NCBI GenBank assembly: GCA_965261085.1
Contig: OZ253442.1
Span: 1,664,001-1,728,000 of the forward strand
Direction: 5' to 3'
Origin: a bacterium
GTDB taxonomy: Bacteria > UBA8248
DNA: 64,000 nt
How positions within the stretch are numbered: the first letter of the stretch is position 1; the number at the start of each line of letters is the position of its first letter. The translations under genes were made by a program, and so were the position numbers. Of the stretch, positions 20,627-30,503 are shown one piece after another. The notes below the pieces were generated by a model. The model did not search any database, was not told the origin of the DNA, and saw only the letters and a list, made by a program, of their open reading frames with translations.

Positions 20627-21489
20627 CGGTACAATCCTCTCACCAGATCGCCCAGTCCATCGACGATGTATTGGGATACGCTCGAAAAACGCGGATAGGG
20701 AATCTCGACGATCTTCTTATCCCGCAAGGGGGCGTATACCCCGTTCGCGTGGATGGCGGCTTTCATGCTTTCTCCCGATTCGGGGTTAACGCCCACCATG
20801 ATGACGTCGGGATTCCAGGCGATGGCCCGCTCCGCCGATATCCTGCGCGCTCCCCGGATTCCGCGTTCGGCGGCCACGTTCTCACCGCCCGCCAGGCGGA
20901 TGAGCGCGTCGTGCGAGGTATGGCTTCCCGTCACCCAGCCGCCCCGCACGAGGGTCAGGATGCGCGGGGGTTTCATATTGGGCGGAATGCGTGCGCGGAT
21001 GGCGCGAATTTTCTCTCTCGCGCCTGTAATGAGTCTTTTCGCCTTCTCTTGTTCTCCGATCAGGCGGCCCATCTTCTCGATGTTCTTGAAGACATCCTCC
21101 ACGCTCGAAAAAGAGGAGAATTTGGAGACGGGAACCCCGGCGGCGCGCAGGTGGTCCAGGAATTCCGCGCTGGAGTATGAGGCGACGAACACCATGTCCG
21201 GCCTGAGAGCGATGATGCGCTCGGGCGTGCTTTCGATGAGCGGGATGCCCCCCACCTTATCCGCGACGTTGGAATACCCCGGGTGTCCGGCCAGCTTGTG
21301 AAGGCCGACGATTTTTTCCCGAGGCGCAAGGGCCATGAGCATCTCGGCGGTGGCGAGCGTCATGGCGATCAGGCGCGCGGGTTTCCTGGCGGCGCGGGCG
21401 AGTACGGGTCCCTCCGGAATCGAGGAGACCGCAGCTCCCAAAAGAGCCGCCGCCAGGAAAAAGATTTTGAGCTTGCCGCTCGCTCTCAT
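20623..21489 (-). CDS. Periplasmic binding protein (BtuF-like)
   Basis: Signal peptide; E.IIALRPDMV; GGENVA; position within the operon. Confidence 0.85.
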   Translation of the reverse strand: MRASGKLKIFFLAAALLGAAVSSIPEGPVLARAARKPARLIAMTLATAEMLMALAPREKIVGLHKLAGHPGYSNVADKVGGIPLIESTPERIIALRPDMVFVASYSSAEFLDHLRAAGVPVSKFSSFSSVEDVFKNIEKMGRLIGEQEKAKRLITGAREKIRAIRARIPPNMKPPRILTLVRGGWVTGSHTSHDALIRLAGGENVAAERGIRGARRISAERAIAWNPDVIMVGVNPESGESMKAAIHANGVYAPLRDKKIVEIPYPRFSSVSQYIVDGLGDLVRGLYR

Positions 21490-21567
21490 CTGCCGCCCTT
21501 TGCGCGAAGCCCCTCTTCTGTGGAGGGGGTTTTCCTAAAAGATCGCCCTTCAGTGGAGGGGGTTTTC

Positions 21568-23646
21568 CTAAAAGATCGCCCTTACGCCCGCGAACCACTG
21601 GATGCCGGGCGCGCCGAAGCCGTATATGGCGTCGTATTCCTCATCGAGCGCGTTGTTCACCTTGAGTTCGACCGTCAAATCCTTGACCTTCGATTTCCTC
21701 GTCTTGTCGAACATTGAAATACGGTCCTTCACGACGTCCAAAGAGAGCGCTAAATCCACCCGCGTGTAGCCGGGGTTGACCACCCGCACGGGGGGCGAGG
21801 GCAAAGGCGCCGAATCGTCGCGGTCCCACCGATCGCTTACCGTGTTCACCCTTAAAGTGGCTCGCAGGCGATCCGGGTGGTAGCTGATCGAGGCGCTCCA
21901 CCACCAGTCCGGGCGTCTTAAGAGCGCTTCTCCTTCCGCGTAGTTCAGTGAGGAGACGCCTCCGTCGTCCAGCGTGATGGTGTCCATGGTGTTGAAGCTC
22001 GCATGGGCCGAGAAATCATGAAAATCGAGGAGCGACAAGGAAAGTTCCGCGCCCTTGATCCGCGCCTTTCGGATGTTCTCGTAGTTCGTACCGTTGGCGA
22101 ATGGGGGGGGAGACCCGGGGGGCGTGGTGGGCGTGGGGGCCCACGCGATTAAGTCGTCTATTTCGTTTTCATAATAGGTGGCGCTGAACTTGAGCTTTTT
22201 GTTCGCGAGAAACTGATCGAAGCCCGCCTCCCAGCTCTTCTGCCTTTCGCTCTTCAGGTTCGGATTTCCGATTTGGCCGTAGAGGTCGAGTGTCTCACCG
22301 AAGGTGGGACGCTTGGTTCCCTCGCCCACCGCCCCGCGGATTCGCGCGCCGGTTCCGGGGATTTTATAGGAAGCGGAAATTTTTCCGGTCGTCTCGTCTT
22401 CGGCGCCGTCGAAACTATCCACCCGCACCCCGCCCGCGAGTGTGAGGCCTTCCCGGAACTGGAACTGCTGCTGCGCGTAGAAGGAGACGGCTCGCCTATC
22501 GCTTTCGTATTCGGTTTTCCCGAACCCGGAATCGCTTGCTGCGGAGATGTCCTCGTTCTCCCATTCGACGCCCAGCGTGGATATGGACCGGCGAAGGGCG
22601 CTGAACCCCAGTTGCTCTCCCGAGAGTCTGACGTTGACCTGATTGTCGAAATGGAGCCTCGTTCCTTCCGTCTCGCCTGTGGAGGAAGATGGATTCGCAT
22701 CCGGCTTGTTTTCATGCAGTGTATCCCGCAGATACAGGGAAAGGCGCGGGATGTACTCGAGCCACGGGAGGGGCTTGAGATGAGCGCGCGCGCCGATGAT
22801 TTGTTCGGTAAATTTCGAGTAGTTGTTGGGGTCTGCATAGCCTTGGTAGGCCGGTCCCGGGATGTCGTAGCGGTTCTGGTTGACGTGGTGGAGAAAACGC
22901 AGTTTGGCGTTATCCGAGAAGAAATGGTCCAGCCCCACCGTCCCCACTGTGCGCTGATACCCGTCGTTGGGCAGGTGACCCTCGGTGTCGAGACGGCTCA
23001 GGGTGGCTGCGTATCCGCTTCTGGTCGTTCCACCCTTGAGTTTGAAGGACTCCTCAAACGTGTCGTGGCTGCCGCCTCTTGCGCGCATGGTGAAGGAGGG
23101 CGCTTCTCCGGGTTTTCCGATGTCGGGCAGGAAATTCATTACCCCGGACGCCGCGTCCGATCCGTACAGCGGACTTTGCGGACCCTTGAGCACCTCGGCT
23201 GCGCCGACCCATTCCGGGGAGAGATGCCCGAAGTCATACGCGCTCCCGTCCGGGAAGGTGAGCTTGAAGCCGTCTATCATGACGCTGGTGAAGTTGCTCT
23301 CACTGCCTCTTAGGAAAAGGCTTGCCTGACCGCCCCTGCCGCTCGTCTGCGGGAGGATGACGCCCGCCCCCTCGATGAGGAAGTCGATCGCGTCGCCGGG
23401 CAGGAGGCTCTCGATTCTGTCGCGGCCGAACACCTCCACCGAGTCGGCCACGTCGCTGAGCCGCTCGGGCGTGCGCGTGGCGGTGACGGTGATGGGGTCG
23501 AGATAAAGCTCCTCCTCGGCGACAGCGCTTTGCGCGTCGGCAATGCCTGCCCCGCCCAAGAGGATGAGTGCTGCGGCCCCCAGGATGATGAGGCCTCGTT
23601 TTAAGCGGATAGGGAATTTCGTGGTTTTTCCTGCGGGATGCTGCAT
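21568..23646 (-). CDS. btuB: TonB-dependent cobalamin receptor (BtuB-like)
   Basis: TonB box (ITVTATR); plug motifs LFLRG and EVLKGPQSPLYGSDA; C-terminal Phe; AAGGAGG RBS; upstream cobalamin riboswitches. Confidence 0.82.
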   Translation of the reverse strand: MQHPAGKTTKFPIRLKRGLIILGAAALILLGGAGIADAQSAVAEEELYLDPITVTATRTPERLSDVADSVEVFGRDRIESLLPGDAIDFLIEGAGVILPQTSGRGGQASLFLRGSESNFTSVMIDGFKLTFPDGSAYDFGHLSPEWVGAAEVLKGPQSPLYGSDAASGVMNFLPDIGKPGEAPSFTMRARGGSHDTFEESFKLKGGTTRSGYAATLSRLDTEGHLPNDGYQRTVGTVGLDHFFSDNAKLRFLHHVNQNRYDIPGPAYQGYADPNNYSKFTEQIIGARAHLKPLPWLEYIPRLSLYLRDTLHENKPDANPSSSTGETEGTRLHFDNQVNVRLSGEQLGFSALRRSISTLGVEWENEDISAASDSGFGKTEYESDRRAVSFYAQQQFQFREGLTLAGGVRVDSFDGAEDETTGKISASYKIPGTGARIRGAVGEGTKRPTFGETLDLYGQIGNPNLKSERQKSWEAGFDQFLANKKLKFSATYYENEIDDLIAWAPTPTTPPGSPPPFANGTNYENIRKARIKGAELSLSLLDFHDFSAHASFNTMDTITLDDGGVSSLNYAEGEALLRRPDWWWSASISYHPDRLRATLRVNTVSDRWDRDDSAPLPSPPVRVVNPGYTRVDLALSLDVVKDRISMFDKTRKSKVKDLTVELKVNNALDEEYDAIYGFGAPGIQWFAGVRAIF

Positions 23647-23713
23647 GAGAGTACGCCTCCTTGAGCGGCCCAAGCGCTCAGAACCGACCCCTGGCGGGGT
23701 CGCGTGGGAGATG

Positions 23714-23870
23714 CCGACAGGCCGGTATTCTGGCTCGCGCCGATGGCCGCTCTTCATTCCTTCCCGGGGTGTATCCCAGTGGTTGCATGAAAAGCGCGTC
23801 GCTTACAGCTGCTGGGCAGCTCCGGTCTTACACCGGATTCCCGAACACCTGCGGCTGTTTAGGCGGCGGA
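23714..23870 (-). ncRNA. Cobalamin riboswitch (proximal)
   Basis: Minus strand reads GGGAATCCGGTGTAAGACCGGAGCTGCCC..CTGTAA..CCACTGG..GGGAAGG..GAGCCAGAATACCGGCC. Confidence 0.88.
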
Positions 23871-24015
23871 TGGGTCCACCGCTCCTATGACGAAAACTTT
23901 AACGCAGCGCGTGCGTGATGCCCGCGCGTGCGGTGATGCCGTCGAGTTTGGGTTCAGTGATCAAAAAGATACCACCCACCTCCCGTTCCGCGAGGACGTG
24001 ACGGGTCATCGGCAG

Positions 24016-24176
24016 TTGCAGGTCGGTCTCCTGGCTCCCGGAAACACCTACTCACGGCCCCTTCCCGGCGGCATCCGCCAGTGGTTACAGCCGCTTTCGT
24101 CCCCGGTCACAGTGGCGGGTCCGCGCCGGATTCTCACCGGCTTCCCGGGCTTTCATGAGGAAAGCCCCCCTGCAAC
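24016..24176 (-). ncRNA. Cobalamin riboswitch (distal)
   Basis: Minus strand reads GGGAAGCCGGTGAGAATCCGGCGCGGACCCGCCACTGTGA..CCACTGG..GGGAAGG..GAGCCAGGAGACCGACC. Confidence 0.9.
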
Positions 24177-24232
24177 AAGTCAGAAAAAACTACTCTATTC
24201 GAACAATCAGCACGCTACATATTGGAGCGGTA

Positions 24233-24736
24233 TCAGACCGCCTCGTACTTGTCGCGCGTGATGGTGTCCAGATCGATGCCTTCGATTCGGATGAGGCGCG
24301 TCTCTCCCTCGCGCTTGGGCGAGTGGAATTCCCCCACGTCGTAGGCTTTCGAGAGTCCCGGCGAGAGGTCGTAGCTGCGCACGGGCTTCACCTTGCCGGG
24401 CGCGGCTCCGTTGGGCCTTTCCACGAGTTCGTAGTCCGTCATCGTGGTGGTGCCGACCGCCTGGCCGTAGATGGCCCACGAGTCGCCGTGATCGTGCGGG
24501 GTGCTTCCGCTCGCGCCCTTGTGCACGTGGGCGAAGATGCAAAAGCCGAGTTCCGGGTCCTGATACAGGAGTTCTCGGGGGGAGTCGTTGTCCGGCCCGA
24601 GGTGCTCTTGTACGAACTCTTGTTCCACCAGCACCTTCTCCAGGCCGTCGCTCACTTTCTGAAGGCCCGCCTTGCTCGAATCCGCTTTCAGTATGTCGTG
24701 GCACTCGGCCGCGAATCCATCGAGAATTTCACCCAT
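24233..24736 (-). CDS. Cupin-fold protein (cysteine dioxygenase-like)
   Basis: TPHDHG.SWAIYGQA.G and FHSP motifs. Confidence 0.7.
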   Translation of the reverse strand: MGEILDGFAAECHDILKADSSKAGLQKVSDGLEKVLVEQEFVQEHLGPDNDSPRELLYQDPELGFCIFAHVHKGASGSTPHDHGDSWAIYGQAVGTTTMTDYELVERPNGAAPGKVKPVRSYDLSPGLSKAYDVGEFHSPKREGETRLIRIEGIDLDTITRDKYEAV

Positions 24737-24892
24737 AATGCGCTCTCCTTATTTTTGAGAGATTGATTTTAATTCATTCTACAGGTAGTCCGCGTATTTT
24801 GTAAATCCAGGGAGCGGTTTTCCCGAATCGGGTGTATGATTCGCTTATACCTCATTTGACAAGCGCGCATCTAAACTCCCACGAGGAGGTTT

Positions 24893-25672
24893 TTGATGGA
24901 TACGGCGAAGCAGCGAAACATCGAGACTTTCACGCGAATGGCGGAGAGCTACGCTGGCTATTACAGCGATGCGGAACAGGCGCGCCTGGGAGCGATGGCC
25001 GAGCGCATCGGCTTCGGCGCAGGCTCTTGGCTGGTCGATTTCGGGATGGGCACGGGCACTTCCGCGCGGCCTTTTTTGGTGGCGGGCGGGAACGTCGTGG
25101 GGCTGGATCTCACCCCCGCGATGGCCAAAAACGGACGCGAGCGCCTGCGCGAATGGGGTCTGGATGCGAACGCCCGCTACGTCATGGCGAACGCGCACGA
25201 CGCGCCCGTGGCGGAGGGGACCGCCGACGCCGTCATCTGCCGCCACACGTTTCATCATCTCGAAAACCCCAGACAAGTTTTTGGGGAGATGGCGCGCGCG
25301 GTGCGACCGGGCGGCCACGTCTTCTTAATCGACTATCACTATCCCGACGAGGCGGATGAGCGCGAAAAAATTGAAGAACTCGACCGGGTGCGGGAGCCGA
25401 CCATCACGCGGCATCTATCCGGAAATGAGATGGAGGGCTATTTTCAAGAAGAAGGAATCCGCATCAAGGAGACCTTGGTCGACAGGAACGACACGCCCTT
25501 TGATGAGTGGATGGACGTCGCCAAGACCTCGCCAGACGTGTTCCCCCGGCTTAGGGCCGCGTTCGAGTCCCTGCGCGATCGAGGAGGAAGCTGGTATGAG
25601 GAAAAAGGCGAGGGCGCGGAATTCACCGTCGTCAGAAAACGGCTGACCATCCTGGGCCAGAAACCGGCCTGA
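24893..25672 (+). CDS. Class I SAM-dependent methyltransferase
   Basis: VDFGMGTG, GLDLT, FHHL, EMARAVRPGG. Confidence 0.88.
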   Translation: MMDTAKQRNIETFTRMAESYAGYYSDAEQARLGAMAERIGFGAGSWLVDFGMGTGTSARPFLVAGGNVVGLDLTPAMAKNGRERLREWGLDANARYVMANAHDAPVAEGTADAVICRHTFHHLENPRQVFGEMARAVRPGGHVFLIDYHYPDEADEREKIEELDRVREPTITRHLSGNEMEGYFQEEGIRIKETLVDRNDTPFDEWMDVAKTSPDVFPRLRAAFESLRDRGGSWYEEKGEGAEFTVVRKRLTILGQKPA

Positions 25673-25780
25673 GTTTCTTTTCGAGGAATTATGTCCTTAA
25701 GACTGCAAAACCATAGTAACATCTGTCTTACAGCGTCGTTGGATTCATCAAATGTTGTTTCTTCATAATTATTTTATTGT

Positions 25781-27103
25781 TCATCTTGAATCCACCATAA
25801 ATTCGAGTTTTTTGTTTTGACGACGAAGGCCCGCTAAAGTGTAGATATTACTCTTTAACTTATTGCATGGGCCACAAAGAAGAACTCGATTTGAGATATG
25901 ATTTAAGCCACCATCGGAACGAGGCGTATTATGATCTAATTCCAGATATCTAGGATCATCAAATTCTCGATCACATCCTTGGCATTTTTGTCCATATTGG
26001 TCCAATAAAAATTCGTACATTTCTGCACGAGTCCTTTTTTCACCTTTAGGCTCATCTACTTTTAATTTAGTTTTCAGAAAAGGAACAGCCTCTTCTCCAT
26101 CGTCCGTACGAACAGGAAGTTCTCTAGTATAGGTTATCGTTCCTTGAGTAATGAGCCATTCACCCCACTCTTCGTCGGGCGTTACTAACTGCTCTTGCTT
26201 GAATCTATGAAGCACTGCATCGTGCGCTCCGGCCCAGATATCCGCCCCCACCCATTGGCGTTTAAGCCGTTCAGCCGCAACTAATGTTGTGGCACAACCG
26301 CAAAACGGATCAAGAACAATGTCATTAGGGTTAGACCCAACCTTAACGATGCGGTCAAAAAGCTGAATTGGTTTCTGTGTAGGGTAACCATACCGCTCTT
26401 TTGACATTGGGGGTATAGCGGGTATATCCCACCAATCTTCAGGTATCTTGCCATCTTTATGGGGCATATATGTTTTACCTGTATCCTTACGGGTAACCCC
26501 CCTCCCCGAAGTTTGATAACCGCCTGTCCCCCTATATGGCACCCGCGTTCTGTCGGCATTAAAAACCCAATTCTTGCCCTTAGAATACCAAAATATAATG
26601 TCGTGTTTACGTGCAAACTCCTTAGATGAACGCCCTCCCTGCCTATAACACCATATAATTTCATTCCGAAAATTCTTGTGTCCAAAAACAGCATCCATAA
26701 TGGCTTTGAGATAGTGGCTCGCCGTTGGATCACAATGGAGATAAATACTTCCATCTTCTCGTAGTATTCGCTTCATTTCTAACAACCGTACAGCCATAAA
26801 GCACATATAGGCACCCATACCATCCGAATGAGCATATCGAGCGCTCTCTATTGCTTCCATTAGTTTCGGGAAATCGTCTGTAATCTTATCAACCCATTCC
26901 TGATGAACATCCCTATCCCAAGACCACCTATCCTGAAAAGAAGCACCATCGGCTAGGCTATCTGGCGTAGCATGAAAATCTCGATTCTTGTTGAAGGGCG
27001 GATCAGTAGCAATCAGATGAATAGAATTACTATTGATCTCACGAAGAAAATCTAGGTTATCGCCATGATAAAGAGTTCGATTTTCGACATTTAATTTCGA
27101 CAT
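25781..27103 (-). CDS. N6/N4 DNA methyltransferase fused to a C-terminal HNH nuclease
   Basis: DPPF, YPTQKP and DPFCGCAT; C-terminal CQGC..DH..P...GG..H..N..LLC..CN; AT-rich. Confidence 0.88.
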   Translation of the reverse strand: MSKLNVENRTLYHGDNLDFLREINSNSIHLIATDPPFNKNRDFHATPDSLADGASFQDRWSWDRDVHQEWVDKITDDFPKLMEAIESARYAHSDGMGAYMCFMAVRLLEMKRILREDGSIYLHCDPTASHYLKAIMDAVFGHKNFRNEIIWCYRQGGRSSKEFARKHDIIFWYSKGKNWVFNADRTRVPYRGTGGYQTSGRGVTRKDTGKTYMPHKDGKIPEDWWDIPAIPPMSKERYGYPTQKPIQLFDRIVKVGSNPNDIVLDPFCGCATTLVAAERLKRQWVGADIWAGAHDAVLHRFKQEQLVTPDEEWGEWLITQGTITYTRELPVRTDDGEEAVPFLKTKLKVDEPKGEKRTRAEMYEFLLDQYGQKCQGCDREFDDPRYLELDHNTPRSDGGLNHISNRVLLCGPCNKLKSNIYTLAGLRRQNKKLEFMVDSR

Positions 27104-27318
27104 TTATCCTATTCGCTCCTTCCGGTTACTTTCCAATGACGCAATCAAATCTTAGAATTTAAGTCTTTTATTAAAGTTGTTGTAGTTCAATGGTAGAGCA
27201 GTTGTTAAGCAAATGACAGATATTGGGCTGAGTCCCGCCAAAGATTCCATGCTCGGAGTCCCCTGAACAAATTCAATCTCATAATTTGTAGATTGAAGTA
27301 TCCGACCCCCTTGCCCCC

Positions 27319-29010
27319 TCAAAGCACCTGTGGCGCGCCGCCCAAAGGGGTGGGCTTGACGACCGCGTCGATGAGGAAGGGTTTCTCGCTTCGGGCGGCC
27401 TCTGCAAGACACGCTTCCAGTTCATCGGGCGTATGGACGCGGGCGGCTTCCACGCCCATCGATTCCGCCAGCTTGATGAAGTCCAGGTTCGGTTCGGTCA
27501 GGTCCATGCCGACGAAGCGGTGAAATTCCTTCGCTTTTCCCTCCAGGGCCAGCACGCGCCCTTTCAGGATGTGGTAGGCCCCGTTGTTCGCGATGAGGAA
27601 GACCACGCCGACCTTGTACCTCGCCGCCGTCCAAAGGGTCTGGTTGGAATACATGGCCGAGCCGTCTCCCGAGAGACAGATGACGGGTCGATCGGGCGTC
27701 GCTATCTTGGCGCCCAGCGCCATGGGCAGGCCGTTTCCGATGCCGCCGCCCTTTCTGCCGAAAATCTGTGAAGCGTTGCGCCCCACCGCGCGCCGGAAGT
27801 TAGGCCCGGCGGAGGTGAGCGCCTCATCCACCCACACGGCGCCCTCGGGCGCCACTGCGCCGAGCGCCCGGTGGAAAGCGGGGAGGGACATGCCTCCCGA
27901 AAAATCACTCTCCTCTTTTGGAGATGAGGCGGCCTCGCGGGCGCTTTGGTTCTCTTTCGCAATCCGCTCCGCGCGCGATTTCGCTCCCGCTGCCTGCTCG
28001 CTCGTCTGCGCTTTTTTGACCGCCTCACGCAAGACGGGGAGCGTGGTTTTCGGGTCTCCGTAGAGCGAGGCGTCGAGTCCGAAATTCTTGCCCATCTCCC
28101 ATGTGTTCAAATCCAGATGCACGACCCGGCAGCTTTCGGGCAGGGGCCGCACGTCGGGGGGGTATGAGAACAGGAATACTTCCGTGCCGACGAGGAATAC
28201 CAGATCCGACTCCGCAAGGCGCTCCCTGAGGGGCCTGGCCAGATTGGGGAGCTTCCCGGCGTAGAGCGGGTGCGCGAGGGGATAGGTGATCATGTTGGCG
28301 AAATTTTCTTCATAGACTCTGGCGCCGATTTGTTCGGCGAACTGCGCCAGTTCGCCCAGCGCGCTCGATTTTGCGACGCCTGAGCCCGAGACGACCACGG
28401 GCCGCTCCGCTTTCGCGATGAGCTCGGCTGCCGCTTCGATGGACTCGGCAGATGCGGCGAAGCGCGTGTGAATGCGCGTGGGCTTTTCCATCAGACCCGA
28501 GGCGGCGCTAAGCATGACGTCTCCGGGGAGAGAGAGGAATACGGGCCCAGTCGGCGGCGTGAGGCACACCTTGATAGCGCGCCGCACGGCCTGTTCCAGG
28601 TCCTCGACGCGGCGTACTTCATACGACCACTTCACCAGGGGTTCCGCCATGCGCGCGAGATCGTCATAGAGGATGATTTCCTGAAAATGCCCGCTTTGGG
28701 GCTGGTTCCCGGCGGTGACGAGCATGGGCGCTCCAGAGCGCTTGGCGTTGTAGAGAAGCCCCATCGCGTTGCCGAGGCCGGGCGCAACGTGAAGGTTGAC
28801 GGCGGCGGGCTTACCCGTACTCAGGCCGTATCCTTCCGCCGCCGAGATGGCCACACCCTCATGCAGCGTGAGAATGAACTTGAGCCTTTCTTCGTTCACG
28901 AGCGCGTCCATCAAGGGAAGCTCCGTCGTGCCGGGATTCCCGAACAGGTGCGTCACTCCCTCATCGAGCAGGGTTTCCAGGAACAAGGATGCGCCGTTTT
29001 TGTTTCTCAT
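27319..29010 (-). CDS. Thiamine pyrophosphate-binding enzyme (benzoylformate decarboxylase-like)
   Basis: FGNPGTTELP, LHEG, GDGSAMY..NN. Confidence 0.9.
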   Translation of the reverse strand: MRNKNGASLFLETLLDEGVTHLFGNPGTTELPLMDALVNEERLKFILTLHEGVAISAAEGYGLSTGKPAAVNLHVAPGLGNAMGLLYNAKRSGAPMLVTAGNQPQSGHFQEIILYDDLARMAEPLVKWSYEVRRVEDLEQAVRRAIKVCLTPPTGPVFLSLPGDVMLSAASGLMEKPTRIHTRFAASAESIEAAAELIAKAERPVVVSGSGVAKSSALGELAQFAEQIGARVYEENFANMITYPLAHPLYAGKLPNLARPLRERLAESDLVFLVGTEVFLFSYPPDVRPLPESCRVVHLDLNTWEMGKNFGLDASLYGDPKTTLPVLREAVKKAQTSEQAAGAKSRAERIAKENQSAREAASSPKEESDFSGGMSLPAFHRALGAVAPEGAVWVDEALTSAGPNFRRAVGRNASQIFGRKGGGIGNGLPMALGAKIATPDRPVICLSGDGSAMYSNQTLWTAARYKVGVVFLIANNGAYHILKGRVLALEGKAKEFHRFVGMDLTEPNLDFIKLAESMGVEAARVHTPDELEACLAEAARSEKPFLIDAVVKPTPLGGAPQVL

Positions 29011-29028
29011 CGATGAAACCTCTAAAAA

Positions 29029-29763
29029 TTAGTGGAAATGAATGCCGCCGTTCAGAAGGAGGGTCTGGCCCGTAATGTAGCCGTTTCTAATCATCATCAT
29101 AATGGCGTCGACCGTCTCCTCCACCGTGCCGAACCGCTCCATCGGGTTATGGGGGGTGGAGACTTGTAAGTCTTGCGTCATCATGTCGGTTTTTATTACG
29201 GCGGGCGCCACGCTGTTCATCGTGATGCCTTCTTTCACCAGGGCGGCGGCGTAGGCGTGGGTGAGCCCGTGCATGCCCGCCTTGGAAGCCGCGTAGTGCG
29301 GCCCGACCCGCCCTCCGGTGAAGGCGGCGTTCGATGAGACGTTGACGATTCTTCCCCACCGCGCTTGTTTCATGTCGGGCAGAACGGCCTGTGTGAGTAA
29401 AAACGCGGACTTGAGATTCACGTCGAGCGTGGCGTCCCAATCGGATTCGGTGAGTTCCTCAAATGGCTTCTTGATGGCGACGCCTGCGTTGTTCACGAGA
29501 ATCGAGACGGGGCCGAAGCGCGCTCTCGTCTCATCCACGAGGCGGCGGACTTGCGCCTCGTCCGATACGTCGGCTTTCACGGGATGCGCCTCTCCGCCCG
29601 CTTCATCTATCAGGCGGCAGGCTTCTCCCGCTTCGTCCGCGCGCTCGCGGTAGTTCACCGCCACGCGGCAGCCCGCGCCCCCTAATGCCAGCGCGCATCC
29701 GCGCCCGATGCCCCGGCTCGCGCCGGTGACGATGCAGGTTTTCCCCTTCAAATCCGGTGGCAA
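29029..29763 (-). CDS. Short-chain dehydrogenase/reductase
   Basis: TGASRGIG, NNAG, YAASK. Confidence 0.92.
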   Translation of the reverse strand: MPPDLKGKTCIVTGASRGIGRGCALALGGAGCRVAVNYRERADEAGEACRLIDEAGGEAHPVKADVSDEAQVRRLVDETRARFGPVSILVNNAGVAIKKPFEELTESDWDATLDVNLKSAFLLTQAVLPDMKQARWGRIVNVSSNAAFTGGRVGPHYAASKAGMHGLTHAYAAALVKEGITMNSVAPAVIKTDMMTQDLQVSTPHNPMERFGTVEETVDAIMMMIRNGYITGQTLLLNGGIHFH

Positions 29764-29873
29764 CTCGGGGCCCTCACAGAATGAGAATATGAACGCCCAT
29801 CCTAATCCATACGCCGCGAGATGGGCAGTCGAGATGGGGATTTTTGTTATGGTTTGAGAAATCTACAAGAAGA

Positions 29874-29902
29874 TTGACAGTGAGAAACGAGAAGTATATT
29901 TT
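29874..29902 (+). promoter_or_regulatory. Putative sigma70 promoter for the repeat-RT locus
   Basis: TTGACA (29874-29879), 17 nt, TATTTT (29897-29902); the predicted start lies about 10 nt before repeat 1. Confidence 0.55.
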
Positions 29903-29920
29903 CAAATTGCGTATCCGTGA

Positions 29921-30056
29921 TCGTCGCCGGGCATATATTGTGCGCCGGAAAGACGGGAAGCGGGCCACCATTTGTCGGTAACGTTCCGATGAAGGGTGGA
30001 CGGGTTGCCGACGGATGTGTCTTATCAGACCCATTCGCAGGTCCCGTGAAGCAACA
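29921..30056 (+). repeat. 136-bp structured direct repeat 1 (candidate ncRNA module)
   Basis: Identical to 30312-30447 except T30018 vs G30409; contains nested hairpins. Confidence 0.95.
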
Positions 30057-30311
30057 GGTTAGCCTTGCCTCAGGAATGACCGTTGCCCTCGATGTGGAGG
30101 TCCAGATCGAGTGTCGGGCGGTCAATGGGGCAAATTATAGGCTGCGCCTGTCCGGGGCGGTCGATTTGGACTTGCTTTCCTCGCGAAAAAGGTACAATGC
30201 TTTAAGGAGGAACGCACGATGAAATCGCACCCATGCAAAAACGTGCCAACTTCCGAGTTGGACATGTAGCTATCAGATTTGTTCACGTGATAGCGCTTGC
30301 AGTTACGTTGC

Positions 30312-30447
30312 TCGTCGCCGGGCATATATTGTGCGCCGGAAAGACGGGAAGCGGGCCACCATTTGTCGGTAACGTTCCGATGAAGGGTGGACGGGTTGCC
30401 GACGGATGGGTCTTATCAGACCCATTCGCAGGTCCCGTGAAGCAACA
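30312..30447 (+). repeat. 136-bp structured direct repeat 2 (candidate ncRNA module)
   Basis: Same sequence as repeat 1; additionally closable by GTTGCT(30307-12)/AGCAAC(30441-46). Confidence 0.95.
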
Positions 30448-30503
30448 ATGCTTCCAGAGGCAAGGCGAGGCAATCCGACGTCGCCTGCCCCAGAGATCCT
30501 TTA

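Noticed and set aside
29921-30447. Repeats as a DGR template/variable pair, a CRISPR array or retron msr-msd
   Set aside because: Only one mismatch (A vs C on the minus strand), no target gene or avd, and the RT has QGSPLS rather than the DGR-type motif. Two 136-bp copies with no cas genes do not fit CRISPR. No retron VTG motif was seen.
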